Origin: Eledone cirrhosa
Lineage: Eukaryota
Assembly: GCA_964016885.1 (NCBI GenBank)
Contig: OZ024744.1
Span: forward strand, 67,394,001-67,458,000
DNA: 64,000 nt
Direction: 5' to 3'
Translations under genes and position numbers: made by a program
Notes under the pieces: model-generated
Seen by the model: only the letters and a program-made list of their open reading frames with translations
Told to the model about the DNA's origin: nothing
Database searches by the model: none
In this document: one piece after another, positions 61,096-64,000 of the stretch
Layout: each line of letters opens with the position of its first letter
Position numbering within the stretch: position 1 is the first letter of the stretch

Positions 61096-63842
61096 TAACG
61101 AAGGAGGTGTGGTAAGGAACCAGATGGACCATAACGCACCAGAGTACTCAATATTTAGGGTAGTAGAGTGGGTAATAGGAAAATGTTCAACCCCGACGGC
61201 AGAGCTCAAGCCGTTTCGACGGCTATTTCTGGACTAATAAACATTTTTAGCAGGGTACTAAATAGCCGAACTTTTCAAGGGGTAATTCCTTATATGGAAA
61301 GATTGTAGTTGTCAAAAGGATTGGTCAAAATTTCTTGTAAACACAATTAAATCTTTCATAGCGGTGAGTGGGGGGGGGGGCTGAACTTGCCTGTAGAACA
61401 ATGAGGGAGTGGGTGGAGCCGGTCAAGCATTGAAAGGGAATTCTATACAAGAAAATTTTAAGGAGTGTTTATGAAATTAGGCTTGTAAGGAAGCAGGCGA
61501 AAAAGGATTCAGGAGGAATTTGAGAGTGGGACGTTATAGAATTAAAAAGTTAATAAATTGAGATTAAAAGATAATAAATAAAAAATATATAATAAAAATA
61601 ATAAAATTAAATAGTAAAAAGTAATCAAAATTCTCTAGAGTCTAAAGCAGCTGCTATATTTTTAGTTGGTATTGTGTTTTCGGCCAATGCTATATATAAT
61701 TTACTGGGGTGGGGGTACTGCGGCTACAAAAACCCGATGGGCTGCCTCGAAGTAGGCGAAAGAGGAAAAAGAAAAAGGAAGAGGAGAGGGAGTGGAAGGA
61801 AGTGATAAGAAGAGATAAAGGGAAGAAGAAAAGAAAAAGAAAAAGAAAAGTACATCTACCTATGTATGCTGGTGTTTCCCCTCTCTTGTTCGGCAAGTGG
61901 GGGAAAAGAAGGATGTTGCAGCCATGGCTACCCACCCGGGTCATGAGGGGGTTTGAGGGCGAGGTAAGTCCTACGCAATCGGTGTTTACATGCAGTTACA
62001 ATTTCGTCTTTTTTTGTTTAAGAGTTGATCGTTGATGAACAGCATTTGTAATGTTTCCTCCGAGCATAAGTTACACAAACGTCCCTAACCCGAGTCAATT
62101 TCCTGGACGTTATCCTCAACCTTGAAAATGATCTGCACTACCCATACAGGAAACCAAACGACAACCCCCACTACATCCACCGCCGCTCTAACCATCCTAG
62201 AAACATCACCAATAACCTAGTTAAAAACATCTCCCTCCGCATATCTCGTTTGTCCACTAATGAGCAGATATTCGATGAACATGCGCCTCATTACAACCAG
62301 GGCCTCAAGCGAAGCGGCTTCCGGGAGGAAATCTCCTTTTATCCAGCTTCCCTTAACGGAACCAGCAGGCGACGCCGCTGCTCACGCCACATAACGTGGT
62401 TCAATCCTCCCCACAATGCCGAGGTGCAACACCAATCGGGAAAATCTTCTTTAGGCTCCTCAAAAAACATTTCTCACCACAACACCGCTACCACAACATA
62501 ATCAACAAAAACACCATCAAGCTATCCTACAGCACCACACCCAACTTGGCACAAAACATCGCCTCCTCAAACAACAAGAAACTTAACCTCCATGGAAGAA
62601 ACAACCTAGACATTAGTGGAGAGCCGACCAGGAGGTGTAACTGCCCTGATAGATCTACGTGCCCCCTCAACAACAGATGCCGAGAACGTAACGTGATCTA
62701 CCAATGCAACGTGAGGACGGAAACCTCCAACAAAGCCTATATAGGATTAACCGCTGTGACTTTAAGACCCGGCTCTACCAATACCGGCATACGTTACGAA
62801 ACCCGACCCGGCGACATGCCACTACACTTTCGGGCCACATCTAGGACCTCCAAGATAATAACATAACATACAATCTTACTTGTAGCTTACAGTCCAGGGC
62901 TAACTCCTACACGGGAGGACGCCGTACGTGTAACTTATGCTCGGGGGGGGAAGCATTACAAATGCTGTTTACGAAGAACCAACTCCTAAACAAAAAAGAC
63001 GAAATTGTAACTGCATGTAAACACCGATTGCGTAGGACTTACCTCGCCCTCAAACCCCCTCATGACCCGGGTGGGTAGACAATGGCTGCAACACCCTTCT
63101 TTTGCCCGCTTGCCGAACAAGATAGGGGAAACACCAGCATACATAGGAAAATGTACTTCTTTTCTTTTTCTTTTTCTTTTTCTTTTTCTTTTTCTTTTTC
63201 TTTTTCTTTTTCTTTTTCTTTTCCTTATCCCTTTATCTCTTCTTATCACTTCCTTCCACTCCCTCTCCTCTTCCTTTTTCTTTTTCTTCTTTCGCCTACC
63301 TTGAGGCAGCCCATCGGGATTTTGTAGCCCCAGTAAATTATATATAGCATTGGCCGAAAACGCAATACCAACTAAAAATATAGCAGCTGCTTTAGACTCT
63401 AGAGAATTTTGATTACTTTTTACTATTTAATTTTATTATTTTTATTATATAATTTTTATTTATTATCTTTTAATCTCAATTTATTAACTTTTTAATTCTA
63501 TAACGTCCCACTCTCAAATTCCTCCTGAATCCTTTTTCGCCTGCTTCCTTACAAGCCTAATTTCATAAACACTCCTTAAAATTTGCTGTATGGAATTCAC
63601 TTTCAACGCTTGACCGGCTCCACCCACACCCTCATTGTTCTACAGGCAAGTTGAGCCACCCCCACCCACCCACCCACTGCCACGAAAGATTTAATTGTGT
63701 TTACAAGAAATTTTGACCAATCCTTTTGACAACTACAATCTTCCCAGTTCGGCTATTTAGTACGACGCTAAAAATTCTAATTTAGTCCAGAAATAGTCGT
63801 CGAAACGGCTTGAGCTCTGCCGTCGGGGTTAAACATTTTCCT
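61096..63842 (+). mobile_element. 5'-truncated PLE (RT thumb + GIY-YIG, 62093-63030) with ~900-bp inverted pLTR; possibly Naiad-type
   Basis: VNFLDV.LNL..YPYRKPN..YIH..SNHP, WFNPP, CNC..CPL..C, VIY..YIG, CNLC, CKH; 61178-62085 is the reverse complement of ~62915-63842; (TA)n flanks. Confidence 0.92.
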
Positions 63843-64000
63843 ATATATATATATATATATATATACCAATGTGTCGAAGAATTGTTAATTCTAATTCAAA
63901 TTATTATGAATTTGTTGAATGTAATAAGATAATTAGCTTTTAATTGTTTTGTAATTTCATAATATAGTAGATCCATCTACTTATATATTATATATATATA

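Overview
Repeat-saturated animal genomic DNA with no recognisable host gene. The SINE families and (TA)n-rich context resemble octopus genomes, which is recalled similarity and not a database result. 1-23.3 kb is a head-to-tail array of Tx1-clade LINEs from three subfamilies joined through (ATT)n tails; one copy (3846-9663) has intact ORF1 and ORF2. All five visible ORF1/ORF2 junctions keep a consensus splice donor (AG|GTAAGT) over the ORF1 stop codon. The dominant tRNA-derived SINE has a 3' end resembling the Tx1 3' end. 13.7-15.5 kb and 36-64 kb hold many Penelope-like element (PLE) remnants and fold-back derivatives flanked by (TA)n. These carry about 15 type I hammerhead or hammerhead-like motifs, several with a 39-82 nt stem II domain or a non-canonical core. 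The window also holds a decayed Helitron with a precise tandem junction, a non-autonomous Helitron, a near-complete CRE-clade retrotransposon with an N-terminal PHD finger, RTE remnants, MITEs and microsatellites. All structures were read by eye, so element boundaries are approximate.
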